From positions 2,542,001 to 2,606,000 of the forward strand of contig VRMN01000001.1 of assembly GCA_008690995.1 (NCBI GenBank): 64,000 nucleotides of DNA, read 5' to 3'. A program made the position numbers and the translations under genes. This DNA comes from Porphyridium purpureum (Eukaryota). The notes below the pieces were generated by a model that searched no databases, was not told the DNA's origin, and saw only the letters and a program-made list of their open reading frames with translations. Of the stretch, positions 49,098 to 60,012 are shown in pieces (position 1 is the stretch's first letter; the number at the start of each line of letters is the position of its first letter).

Positions 49098-50510
49098 ATG
49101 CGCCTAGCCGTGTATGATCTGTACCGCAAGGTGCGCGAGGGCGCCGAGAGCACGGTGACGGGCGGCTTCCTGTCGGTGCTGGGAGTGGCGCTGATCGTGG
49201 TGCTTGGCATCGCAGAGACGGTTTCGTTCCTCGGTGCACCGAAGTCAATGGCGGTTGAGGTGGATCGCAACATGGATGAATCATTGCAAGTTAATCTGGA
49301 CATTTTGCTCATGCGAATGCCGTGCAACATGGTATCCTTGGAGACGTGGGATTACACGGGCACCTCGCAACTGCGGCATGAAGACTTGTCGACAAAGTAT
49401 GTTGTGTTTGGCGACCAGGGCGAGTTTAATCTCGGGGAAGCCGGGGTCATGGGACACCTTGAGCACATGAAGAATGAGCACTTGCTGGAGCAGGTCACGC
49501 ACGAGGCAGCGGAGGAACTGGTCGACGCGAACTTTGCATCCAAGCTGAACAAGGAACCGCTCGCGATCGTCAAGTTCTATACTCCCTGGTGTATTTGGTG
49601 CCAGCGCCTTGTTCCGCACTTTGCTGCGCTGCCGGACGCACTCGCACAAGTCGGCCTGCCAGGAACTAAACTATTTAAGGTGAATTGCGTGGAGAACCTT
49701 GAAAGCTGCCGCGGAATAGCTGGTTTCCCGACCGTGCGATACTTTGTGAAGGGAAAGCCCCAGACTCCTGACTACAGGGGTGATCGCACCGCGCAGGATA
49801 TGGCGCAGTGGGTTGCAAATGGCGTGAAGAAAGTGGATAGCGCGAGCGGAGAAACAAATAAGTTTGTCGTACGAAAGCAAGCACACGGAACGGTGATGAG
49901 GCGCGTGGCCGATGAAAACCTCCCAGAGGGATGCCGGATCATCGGGGCTCTGAAAGTTAGTCGTGTGCCAAGCAATATCCACATTGTTGCCGCGGCGACA
50001 ACATTCGACATCAATCCGCGCGAAGTGAATCTATCGCACAGAGTCAACATCTTTTCATTTGGTTCGATGATGAGTCCGCAACGTTTACTGAGGCTTCCGA
50101 TCTTCGCACAGTACAATGTCAACCCATTCAATGGCCAAACATTTGTTGCGACAGAGAAGCACATACTCTTTGACCACTACTTAAAAGTAGTCACCACGCG
50201 GTTTGCAAGACATCGCGGAAAGCGAGCGTGGAGCTTGGATGACGCGCTTCAAGACCGCCGCGCATACCTTGTGACCGCGTCGACCAAGAGTACGATTGCA
50301 GACCCGAACGTCCCGGAGATTCGCTTTTCGTACGATTTCTCGCCGTTTGCAACCGTTGTATTTCAGAAGACCGACAAGACTTGGTACGACTACTTGACGA
50401 ACCTGTGCGCTTTGATTGGCGGGGTGTGGACGATTCTACAACTGGTAGACTCGACGTTGTTCAACCTTGTCCATTCCAAGATCAAAACTATGCAGGGCAA
50501 GCTTGGCTAA
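49098..50510 (+). CDS. PDI-C type protein: ERGIC/Erv41-46 scaffold with an inserted thioredoxin domain
   Basis: DLYRKV..TVTGG plus a TM; thioredoxin KFYTPWCIWCQRL..GFPTVRYF; EGCRIIGALKVSRVP, F.YDFSP and LCALIGGV; C-terminal dilysine-like signal (KIKTMQGKLG). Confidence 0.92.
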   Translation: MRLAVYDLYRKVREGAESTVTGGFLSVLGVALIVVLGIAETVSFLGAPKSMAVEVDRNMDESLQVNLDILLMRMPCNMVSLETWDYTGTSQLRHEDLSTKYVVFGDQGEFNLGEAGVMGHLEHMKNEHLLEQVTHEAAEELVDANFASKLNKEPLAIVKFYTPWCIWCQRLVPHFAALPDALAQVGLPGTKLFKVNCVENLESCRGIAGFPTVRYFVKGKPQTPDYRGDRTAQDMAQWVANGVKKVDSASGETNKFVVRKQAHGTVMRRVADENLPEGCRIIGALKVSRVPSNIHIVAAATTFDINPREVNLSHRVNIFSFGSMMSPQRLLRLPIFAQYNVNPFNGQTFVATEKHILFDHYLKVVTTRFARHRGKRAWSLDDALQDRRAYLVTASTKSTIADPNVPEIRFSYDFSPFATVVFQKTDKTWYDYLTNLCALIGGVWTILQLVDSTLFNLVHSKIKTMQGKLG

Positions 50511-51064
50511 TACGAGCGGCGCTTTACTTCACTCTTCTTTCAGTGACAGCTTGCGCCAATGTCCATTGCACGTCAGCTGGTTTTCCGGACACGGGTGCGG
50601 CACTCGTGTACGGAAAGGATTGACACGTGGACTTCCGCTTTGTCAAGACGGGTAAGATAGAACGGAGTATCACCCGCACAGCAGGCATGAAAATACCGGT
50701 TGGCGCTTACCACCTGCGCGTTTGTTGCCTGGAAAAAGATGCGCTCAAGAACGGAGGATATTTTTCCCTTTTCCGTGATTTTAGATGCCGTTTTGAAGTA
50801 GAGTAACCTGTGCGCTGATTGTGAAAAAAAGCTGGATTGGTTGGCGCTTTGGTGGCCACAACGAATCATGCGTGTTGAAAGTTGCTGGTATTGGGATTCG
50901 CAGGCACCTGGCTTGTCGAGCTAGATGGCGTACCGATTCGAAGATTCGGTTGCGCACACGCGAAAAGCAACGCTGGCGGTAAAATAAAAAAAGCGATGTA
51001 GCCCTTATCTGTAACCGGGTGAAGCGGCGGATGCGAGCGAACCGAAACATAATGTTCGTTTCGC

Positions 51065-51517
51065 ATGTCAAGAGACAACGGCAGAATGGGTTCATATCAG
51101 AAGGAGCCGTGTTGCCTGGAACTGCAAGAGCAAGGCAAAAGCTGCGCAAACCCCCATCGGCGCGAATCAAGTTCGGAGTTGTACAAGTTGAATCAATCGA
51201 CATGTGGAGAACGCACTGGAATTGCGCGGAAAATATCTGGCAAATTTGCGGACATGCTGGACAGCTACCTGGACGAGTCGCCGTGCTTCATGCGAGCGGT
51301 GCGGAGCCCAAAGTACTTTCCATCGCTTGCGACCATTCCAGAGGAGAACGAGTGCTCAGAAGAGGACACGCTCAGTAGCGAGCTCCGCCTCGAGCTCTTG
51401 GAGCGGGCTATGGCTGGACGTGCCGGACAGGCTGGTGGGACGTCTGCCGTGCATTCCTCTGTGACCACTCGGAATAGAAGCGAGGTAGGCGACGCTGGTG
51501 TCGATGCCCACGCGTGA
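51065..51517 (+). CDS. Small hypothetical protein, tandem paralog 1
   Basis: Shares a block of about 44 aa with 52241-52729. Confidence 0.65.
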   Translation: MSRDNGRMGSYQKEPCCLELQEQGKSCANPHRRESSSELYKLNQSTCGERTGIARKISGKFADMLDSYLDESPCFMRAVRSPKYFPSLATIPEENECSEEDTLSSELRLELLERAMAGRAGQAGGTSAVHSSVTTRNRSEVGDAGVDAHA

Positions 51518-52240
51518 CGAGCAGTAGACAGCGTTCTCGCGTCATCTTGTGAATTTGTTTGAGTCATCGTTATTCTTATCTTTCCGACCAGCATCGGGCA
51601 TCATCCCATGATCTTACCCCATGACTGGAACTCATTCTTTTAGACCGAGAGAATGTGTCTTGAGTGACTGTGTAAATGAAAATAGAAATGGATATTCGGG
51701 AAACGGATAAAGGAACGCTTCTGAGCTCATTTTGTGGAGGAGCAAACGAACTTGCTCGTACCCTTTCTACTCTGCCTCCCATCGTGACTGCACACAACAA
51801 AAAATTCACACAGGCTGTGCTGGCCAAAAAAGACTTTGTGAGCAGGTTCCCGACTGTCACCTGCTCACCATGAGTCCTACCATACCACTGAATCATATTC
51901 GTGCAAGTAGGCTCGCTACTGTGCTGTCCCCACTATCATAAATCAGCACCGTTTGGAAGCAGACACCAAATCCAGACACCGCCCACGGGCATTGAAGAAC
52001 GCGAATGAATTCATGTTCTGCAGAGGTATACGTGGCGAGTCAACATGGGGGCTTGACATGTGTGCGAGGTACCTAGGAGCTTGTTTCTGGTTTTTATCGT
52101 TTTCCTTCGCTCGACTTGCCTGTCAGCAGAGCAACAGTAGCGCAGGGTCTATACAAAGGGGGTCCCTGGGAATTCACGCACACGCTGGACCAGGCGATGT
52201 CGGTCGAATCGAAGAACCAGGTTCCGCGCTGTCGAACCTA

Positions 52241-52729
52241 ATGTCACAAGAAGTGGGGAAGAGCAGGGCTTCAAACCACCAGTCGGCCACCAGAAGGCCG
52301 ACTTGCGTTGCGCGCCTGAAGCTAAAGACCAGCGCTGAAAAAGACGAGATGTGCAACTCTTTCTGTGAGCCGCCATGTTCAGATTTGTTTAGCACTGACC
52401 ATGAGCGTCGCATCGCTCGAAAGATATCTAGCGAGTTTGCGGACATCATGTGTAAATACCTGGACGAATCACCACAACTCATGCACTCGGTGCGAAGCGC
52501 GAGTTATGTTCCTTCGCTTCCAACCATTGTCGAAGAGAACGAATTCATCGACGAGGACTCGCCAAACAAAAGGCGTTGTTCTGAGATCAGTTTGCAAAAC
52601 ACTAGCGAGCAAATCAACCACGCGACTGCGTCTTCTGAATCAGATTACAGCAGAACAAGAACAGCGTACAGCAGCGAAGAAGAGCTCAACTTTGATCGTG
52701 AGGAGGAACAAACTGGCTCCACAAGTTGA
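52241..52729 (+). CDS. Small hypothetical protein, tandem paralog 2 (start 52241 or 52349)
   Basis: Shares a block of about 44 aa with 51065-51517. Confidence 0.65.
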   Translation: MSQEVGKSRASNHQSATRRPTCVARLKLKTSAEKDEMCNSFCEPPCSDLFSTDHERRIARKISSEFADIMCKYLDESPQLMHSVRSASYVPSLPTIVEENEFIDEDSPNKRRCSEISLQNTSEQINHATASSESDYSRTRTAYSSEEELNFDREEEQTGSTS

Positions 52730-53804
52730 TGCTTGCTGCCGCATGGAAAAAGTCACAAAAGCACATAACCTGGCCTGTCACTTTGTCGAGAATTCTGCTC
52801 TGCTCTCCATGGCACATGCGAAGAGACCGAACAGCACGAACGGGGTACGCCATGTGAGTCCGGCCCAGAATACGATGGACCCGACGTGGGCCACCATGCC
52901 TCGCACCGTATGCTCTTTGCACTTGGTCACTGTGGCACACAATTTGCCATATACACAGAGCACGCGCAGTGCAACACCGTCACAGCAGAGAATGACAGCG
53001 TCGAGGGTGAATTTCTGATTCTGCGCGCGCGATGACGTGCCGTTGGCTTTTCTGCTGCAAACGTAAATCAGTCACGTCGACACAAGCGCGTTGCGGACCC
53101 AGTCCGAAGCTCTGCGGTGGACGCTGACGAGCGCGACGATCGATTTTGTCCTACCATGCCACATGTACTTGTTGCTGATGCACGCAACCGGGTCGCACGA
53201 CGCATCAGTAAAGCACGTAAAACGCTAGCTCGCGAGCGGTGCGCGTCTCCACACTTACCGACCTATCGATTCACTGCACGCCAATGCGATCGAAGACGGT
53301 TCATTTTGACTCGACGTACAGTGTCCCTTTTCTCCTCCGAATCGTTGACTTGTGGTTTGTCGGTTTGTCGGTTTGTCGGTCTTCTGGTGTTATTTTAGCA
53401 TTTTTTGTGTCTTGTGTGCGAATCAAAATCACCAGAGAAGGCCGTTTGTAATAGTTGTTGGTGTTATTGATACAATCATGGTTTTCTTCATAAGAGCCAG
53501 AGACGACTAATCTATGAGTGTGTGTCATGACTCGCTAGCAGCTCGCAAGTTGTAAGGAAAAGCGCGCTGGTTTGATATGAGGAGCGCGCAGGGGTGGTGG
53601 TGGGTGTGTTTTATACGAATGAACGAATGAACGAATGAACCAACAGGGCGCGTAGAAGGACAGGGGATTTGGATCGAAAGGGGTGAGTCATTGGTGGGTA
53701 AGAGGGGAAGAAGGCGCTGGACGAAGAGTGATTGAGTGGGTGGGTGGGTGGGTTGTGGGTGGAGACGTGAAGGGGAGGGGAGGGAGGGAGGGATACGCGG
53801 CAAG

Positions 53805-55007
53805 ATGAGCAGCAGCGAGTATGAGACAGACACCGACGTGGAGGTCGAGGAGACCGCGCTGAATTATGAGCGGCAGTTGTCCGATCCGTCTGACGACGAG
53901 TCCGGCGTGGACAGTGGCGCGGCGTCCTCCAAGAGCGAGCCCAAGGGGCTGAAGAAGTTTTTGAGTAAGAACTCGGAAGGCGGGATTGTGCGGCAGTTGA
54001 GCAAGTCGCTGAGCAAGAGCAATATGGGGCGCTCCTTGTCGCGCACCTTTTCCAGGCAGCAGTTCTGGGGCGACGAGGATGAAGAGATGCAGGCGAGCAT
54101 GGCGTCGTCGTCGGAGGCGTTCAAACAGATTCGTTCCCGCAAGGCGCATACATACTCGGCCCCGGCGCTGCTGATGGCGCCGTACGGCTCGGGTCACCCG
54201 GCGCTCGACATGTTTGCGCTCTTCCACAACGGCATTCGCCAGGAGCTGGAATACATCTTCTACATTCTGTCCGCCATGGAGCGCATGTTCACAGATTTGT
54301 CGTACGGCGTCATTGAGGACTGGTATTCCTTTTTCGAGGTGAGCTGGGGCTATATCGTGGACTATTTGGCTGCCGAGCGCACGGCCCTGTTCCCAACTCT
54401 CGAGAAAAGGATCGAAATCAAGCACCCAGATCTTATATCGTCACAGCGCAACCAGAAGGCGGCCAGGCTGGCCGAATTTCTCAACCGCATGAACAAGAAG
54501 GTCAAGGAAACATACATCAACATGCCCGCGCCGGAAGCGCTCTGGGACTTGCGATACGAGATGAACAAGGGCGTGTCCTTCTTGCTGACTTATATCATGA
54601 CCGAAGAAAAAGTCCTTGTGCCCGATATTGAGTCTGCTTTCAAGCCGAAAGAAATTGTCCAGATTGAGCGCGCTACGTTCCAAGAAATGCTTGCCAAGAG
54701 CCCTAATGCATACGCCGTGCCGAACATCACTTTTCGATGGATCAAGGACCCGGTAATCTATGCGGAAATCGTGAACAGACACTATCCTCGGCAGCAGAAG
54801 CTGAAGCTTCCCAAAGACCTGAAGAAGTTTGAGCAGACGCACGTGAAGCTGCTGAAAATGATTAATCACGAGTCGAAAGAATCTGTAATCCACGCGAACC
54901 AAAGCGCCGGGTTCGGGGAACAGGTACCTCAGTTCTACCTCGACGAAGCGCAAAGACGCGTCGAGCAGGTTGGCGACGGTGAAGAAGAGTATGAAGATTA
55001 TGAATAG
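53805..55007 (+). CDS. Hemerythrin-like helical-bundle protein
   Basis: DMFALFHNGIRQEL..YLAAERTALFP..YIMTEEKVLVP pattern and an acidic, Ser-rich N-terminus. ATG at 53805. Confidence 0.72.
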   Translation: MSSSEYETDTDVEVEETALNYERQLSDPSDDESGVDSGAASSKSEPKGLKKFLSKNSEGGIVRQLSKSLSKSNMGRSLSRTFSRQQFWGDEDEEMQASMASSSEAFKQIRSRKAHTYSAPALLMAPYGSGHPALDMFALFHNGIRQELEYIFYILSAMERMFTDLSYGVIEDWYSFFEVSWGYIVDYLAAERTALFPTLEKRIEIKHPDLISSQRNQKAARLAEFLNRMNKKVKETYINMPAPEALWDLRYEMNKGVSFLLTYIMTEEKVLVPDIESAFKPKEIVQIERATFQEMLAKSPNAYAVPNITFRWIKDPVIYAEIVNRHYPRQQKLKLPKDLKKFEQTHVKLLKMINHESKESVIHANQSAGFGEQVPQFYLDEAQRRVEQVGDGEEEYEDYE

Positions 55008-56552
55008 GAAGGGAATGGTGCAAGTTCATTTGTGCATCGGGACCCCCATTATTATTTTTCAGTCATCCTGCCGTATGCAACAGGGCTAATGACATCCGCC
55101 TTTCTTTGGTCCGCGTGCGGACTTGGAGTCGTGGATATATATCAGAGCGCTCGAAAACTTTAATAAAAGCAAGTGACCGTTTGAGCGGCAGCGGGGAGCT
55201 CACTTGCTGCTGCAAGCATAAAATTTATCTGGACCCTCACAAGTGGTCGATCAAGTAAGTTACTAGGTGGTACGTCTCACTTTCTAGCTCGATAAAAATG
55301 TTTCTTCACTTGCGTAGCAGCAGTAAACGAGAATATGAAACCTCAGCGAAAAGCAGCGCATCGCGTGCTGGTTCATCCGCTCGCAGCGAACTTTCCGCTT
55401 GATTTTTCGACGTAAATCGGCTGAATTTCTTTGTCATGACTTGTTTCATGCGTAATGGTAAGTGCACTTGGGCTAATTCCTGAATTAATGTCGCGCACTT
55501 CCAGACGCGGAAGTCGCTCCTGATTTCGGACCCGCAATACCTTTGAACTCTGCGGGAGTCATTCATCATATTCTTACACCTCCATGTTTCTTAGTGATTG
55601 TGAACGGCTTGCGTGCTTGCAGCGCGTTGAAGTACATGCGGACATTCTGATAGAACCTAACAGTACAAAAATGTCCGCCGACGTATCAGGATACCTGGCA
55701 CAGTTGTGCCACAGCGGCCGTCCCATGCGCTCTCACACGTTCGCCAGCCAACTTTTACCGACATGCGCCTGGTGCCGGTGTTCTCGTTCTGGAGCTGCAC
55801 AAGATAAGAATGTACTTGGACCACTTCATGAAGTGACCCGCTTCTAGTAGCTCAGGGCAAAGACAAGCAGCGACGTGCTCCAGCTCCGGGCATGGCAGGC
55901 CGCAACCGTAGGATGTCTTCACCTTGCTCCAAGCTCTTCATGCCTTGGCGAGCGGGTCTGTCGGTCATGTCTCGAGCCTCCAGAGTTGCACTTGTCGTGG
56001 ATCTCGATATGTCAAGGACGCAGGCATGGTTTCTCCGTCCTCGCTGCCGCGTGCCGGACTGACCGAGTCATACCGAAAAGAAAAACAGCAGACATAGCGA
56101 ATGAGCTTGAGCTGTCCCGACGTCCGGCCAATCTGAATGTAGCAGGTGGCAGATCATGCGAGACCTCGGTTGAAATTCGCACGCGATGTCAATCACAAAA
56201 TGTTGTGAGATGGCGGGAAGTCCATTCTCTTGCAATGTAGATGGTCCTCGATTCTCCATCCGGGGCGCAAACGAAATCTGGAAGTATTCTAGGAGGGAAA
56301 ATGTGAACGAGAAGCTGTTCGAACCAAACGCCGAGCGAATAATCCTGCAAGGAGGATGGTGCACGAATGGAAACAGACGTCCCGATTCGAATGAGCAATC
56401 CACACCCGCGAAAGGGTTTGGCTGCGTGAGTTCTGTTTCTCGCCGTGTGGTGCCTGTCTTTCTCACCTGAAACAGGACAGAGTCCACTGAGTCTGCATCG
56501 CTGCAAGGCATTCCGTTTAATTCCACACACATATCAACATCCTCGTATGCTT

Positions 56553-57365
56553 TCACTTTCGCTCCTCTTGGGCGAGGTACTCAAAGACGCTCTTGTCTCC
56601 GAGGTCCGCCTCCACCTCCATCCCAAAGAGCTTGTTTGCAGCAAACACGGATCCAGAGATTAGAGCAACAACAAGAGCAGGCTTCGCAACTTCCGCAGGC
56701 AGCACCTGGAAAAAGGTTCCAGCCGAAAGAAATGGTACCATGAGAGTCAGCCCGAGCGCCTCCACGCGACCAAAACATACGGTTTCTTTGAAGAAAAGGC
56801 CCGTGGCGGCTGCGAAGATCCAGCCAAACGCAAGCATAGCACTAGGGTCCGACGGCAAGGCCGAAACCAGGGCACCGTCGTGCAGTATTGCGGAAACACA
56901 GCTTAGACCTGCGCCGAGTACAAAAAGACCTTTCAGGAAATCATGCATGGGCTTCATGTAAATGTGAATGTAGTGTAGACTCACACCAAGGCTGGCGGCC
57001 CCTACCACGAACGCTGCGTCGCTCAGATTTGCACCCCATCCAGTTTCGCCGAAAGGCACAAAGACCGGAAGCGCTGCGGCCGCTGCACTTACAACACCCA
57101 GCGCAAGCGCCGTGCGATAAATGCGCACATCGCGCACGTCCTGCTCAGTGAGATACCACTCGCCAAATTTACCTGCATACGGCCCCGCCACCTTTTTGGG
57201 CTCTGCGCTCGCTTTCGACACGCACGCGGTCGTCACTCGCATAAAGCGCGAAGCGCGCGCGTTGTTCCGTGCTCCCGCCGTGCGCACACGCACTCGTGCT
57301 GCTGAGGCCGTACGCAAGTTGCCGCGCACGACACCCGATGCCACGAACCCGCAGAAGGCTTCCAT
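56553..57365 (-). CDS. DUF2301 integral membrane protein, plastid-targeted
   Basis: GKFGEWYLT..DV..V.IYR, IHIYMKPMH, GLFFKETVCFGRVEA and DLGDKSVF; transit peptide MEAFCGFV. An alternative ATG is at 57404. Confidence 0.92.
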   Translation of the reverse strand: MEAFCGFVASGVVRGNLRTASAARVRVRTAGARNNARASRFMRVTTACVSKASAEPKKVAGPYAGKFGEWYLTEQDVRDVRIYRTALALGVVSAAAAALPVFVPFGETGWGANLSDAAFVVGAASLGVSLHYIHIYMKPMHDFLKGLFVLGAGLSCVSAILHDGALVSALPSDPSAMLAFGWIFAAATGLFFKETVCFGRVEALGLTLMVPFLSAGTFFQVLPAEVAKPALVVALISGSVFAANKLFGMEVEADLGDKSVFEYLAQEERK

Positions 57366-58629
57366 GTTTCGGCTCAGAAGGCTGACCTGGTTACTCGTCG
57401 CCATTCGTACACGCGTTCAGACGTAGTGGAATCGAAAATATCGCCCCCTCCAACATGCGCATGTCCTCGAACACACAGAAATCGGGCGAAATCTATTTTG
57501 CACTTTTGGCCGCCAAGGAAGAGGGAGAGGGCCTGATGGCATACTGCGGGAGTTGAGAAAAAGGGCGTTCCAATGCAGCGGACTGGGTCACTTCTTGTGG
57601 TCGAGCGTCTGCTTAAAGAGCCAAAATGAGCTTGATCGATAGCTGGTACAAGTCTTGTTATTATTGTTTAGCCTCTTCTTGGAAATCTAGAGGGACGAGA
57701 CTGCGAACAGATGCGGGTTCTACGTGGTTGAAAATCAAGTCTCTGCTCTTCAGAGGCCACTTGTGCCACCAAAAAGATCCTCCGAACCAAAAGTGTCAAA
57801 GTCCGTAATACGAAAGCTCGCGAGCGAGCGCCGAACTCTTCGACTGCTTGGCTCCAAAGCCATCTGCAAGCCTCTTCTCATTGCGCTTGAAAACGAGCAA
57901 CGGTGACGTGCGGCGCAGAGAGTTGAACCATTTCAAGGGGCTTGCTTTCCGATGCCGCAGAAGTGACACCACCTATGTCACTCTTGCCTCGTAGCAATCG
58001 CATCTCTTCAAGTGGCTCTGGTTCTATTCGAAGGAGCCGACGAATCATCTTGTCAAACTGCCTCGCAATCCGGAACGAAGATTTAAGGGTCGCTTAAGTA
58101 ACTCGGCACGTCAGAGATGGAAGCTAGGTGATCAGATAGAAACACCTGTGAGTATCCCAGACAATCGTTTGGGAGATACCTGATCAGGAACTACGCTTCC
58201 TGCAGGATCGCCATGCACAACGCGTCCAACTGTGAGATGTTCCCGCTCCCATGCAGGACATCGCACAGTACCCTGCGTCAAGACCCTTTTGGAACTCGCA
58301 ACTCTGAATCCGCTTCTTTCCCAGGCCTCGCGTCTGACACTGCTTCAGTCGCGTCGTCTTTTGCTACCGCAAGCGCAAACCTTGTACTGCCCACTATTCC
58401 ATCTCCTGGCCCAGCCCTTCTCTTTGCCAGTGCAAGCCATGCCCGATTTTATACATACATTTGGTGCTGACTCGAGGCGCCAGGTTCTGACGCAGCTTTC
58501 AGCCTGCCATGTGGGGCTTCCCATTTCTTTCCGTTCTGGACGTGTCACCCAATGGTACGCACGACGCTGGAACCACCTTTAATGCCATGCCGCAAGGGGC
58601 TGTCTTCACACGACATGAACCTGGTTGAT

Positions 58630-59357
58630 TTAATCGTGGAGCTGCTCCAGGATAAGATCCAGCTCAGCGTGCAGCTGTGCCATCTTCTGACCCATGGAGC
58701 GTTGCAGCGTGCCGCGTGTGGCGTCGTCCACGTCGCTCCCGCTCAGCAGATTCTGCCACATACTGGACACTTTTTCCACCGCGTGCTTGGCGTCGCTGTA
58801 GAGCGAAGCAAAAGAAAAAGATCAGATGAAGCTCCACAGCAGGTCGAGGGTGAACATGAGAATGCAAGAGAAAGATTCATGGTCAGCAATGTTCCAAAAC
58901 GATGATGGACCGCGTTCTGCGGCTACTGAACACTGCCTGTAGCGACATCAACAATACACAACAAATAAAAGCGCAGCCAAATGCGGCCGAAAAAAATCAC
59001 TCACTCCAAGTCGTCCTGAAAATATGTGGTGCCCATCGACTCCTGTGCCTCTTCAAGCAGCATTCTTGCTTCAGAAAACTCATCATTCAACGCGTCGATA
59101 CGGCTCAACACATGCGTTGGAAGTTGCGCCGATGTGTGCGAACACAAGTTCCGGTACTCAGCCTGAAGCACGCGTCGATCTCGGCCATGGACGCCCACCC
59201 ACGTGATTTTTCCCTGCGCACCCAACCGGCGCGAAACCACATCGCGCCAGGCCACATCAGCCGTCCCCGAAACACCACGCCCCCGTACTAGCGCTCTACA
59301 TGTGCTCCTCCATACCTGCCGCGGCGCACCGAACCCTCTCCTCCACACACTCTGCAT
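58630..59357 (-). CDS. Embryogenesis/LEA-like small protein, probably mitochondrial; complement(join(58630..58795,59005..59357))
   Basis: IDALNDEFSEARMLLEEAQESMGTTYFQDDL|DDAKHAVEKV..LQRSMGQKMAQLHAEL. A 209-bp GTGAGT...CTACAG intron (58796-59004) joins the exons in frame (173 codons). Confidence 0.85.
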
Positions 59358-60012
59358 CTCTGCTTCCTTACCTCTCCCCTCTTTCACTGGGTCTCTCACG
59401 CGCACCATCTACGTTGCCCTTGTTGCTCCTTTGCCTCCAACCTTGAAACGAATCCGCAACTGTACCATATGCAATGAGCCATAAAGTACAGTTACTCCGT
59501 ATCAAGAATGGCTGCTTTTCATAGACGGGTGCTGGCACAGTTGGTTTCTCGGCAGCTCCTTCTAAAACAACTGCGTTTTCATAAGGAACTGAGCGAGCCG
59601 AGGCGCAACGTGAGCTAAGGCGGGGCGACGTGTGTGTGTGTGAACGTGTTGAAGAGCGTGTGGGTTGTGTGAGAGAGGGAGAGAGAGGAAGAGCATTGGT
59701 AGAGTCGTAGAGGTGCGCGTGTGGGAGGAGGGAAGGTACGCCTGCGAGGGACAGGATTCGCGTAGGTTGTCCGACAGCGAGCCGCCCTCGTATTGATTGG
59801 GAAAGGGGGGAGGGGGCGTAGCGGAAACACGCACTTGGTGGTGCGGTGACCGCGCGCGCTGCGCTTTCGTTTCAAGGGTTGCAGGGGTCCGGTGTGTGGG
59901 GAGGACGCGTCGTAGGGCGTCTGGGCAGCGAGGATCTGTCCGTGGACGTCCGCGGCGGCAGGAGCAGTGAGCACGGCTGCGCGCCAGGGATAGGAGGCAG
60001 GACAGCCAAGGG

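Noticed and set aside
53340..53800. Short tandem repeats (TTTGTCGG)x3 and (GAATGAAC)x3 and G-rich runs as a CRISPR-like array
   Set aside because: Simple repeats without spacers, no cas genes, and a eukaryotic context.
55185..55213. GC-rich hairpin downstream of the hemerythrin-like gene
   Set aside because: A single short stem with several G-U pairs, no adjacent CTRR Helitron end or U-tract; consistent with chance.
55300..56556. Short minus-strand ORFs as a possible gene or pseudogene
   Set aside because: No recognisable motif and no way to join the frames by eye; needs BLASTx.
57450..58600. About 1.1 kb with scattered 60-115 aa ORFs
   Set aside because: No domain, repeat or RNA-gene signature seen.
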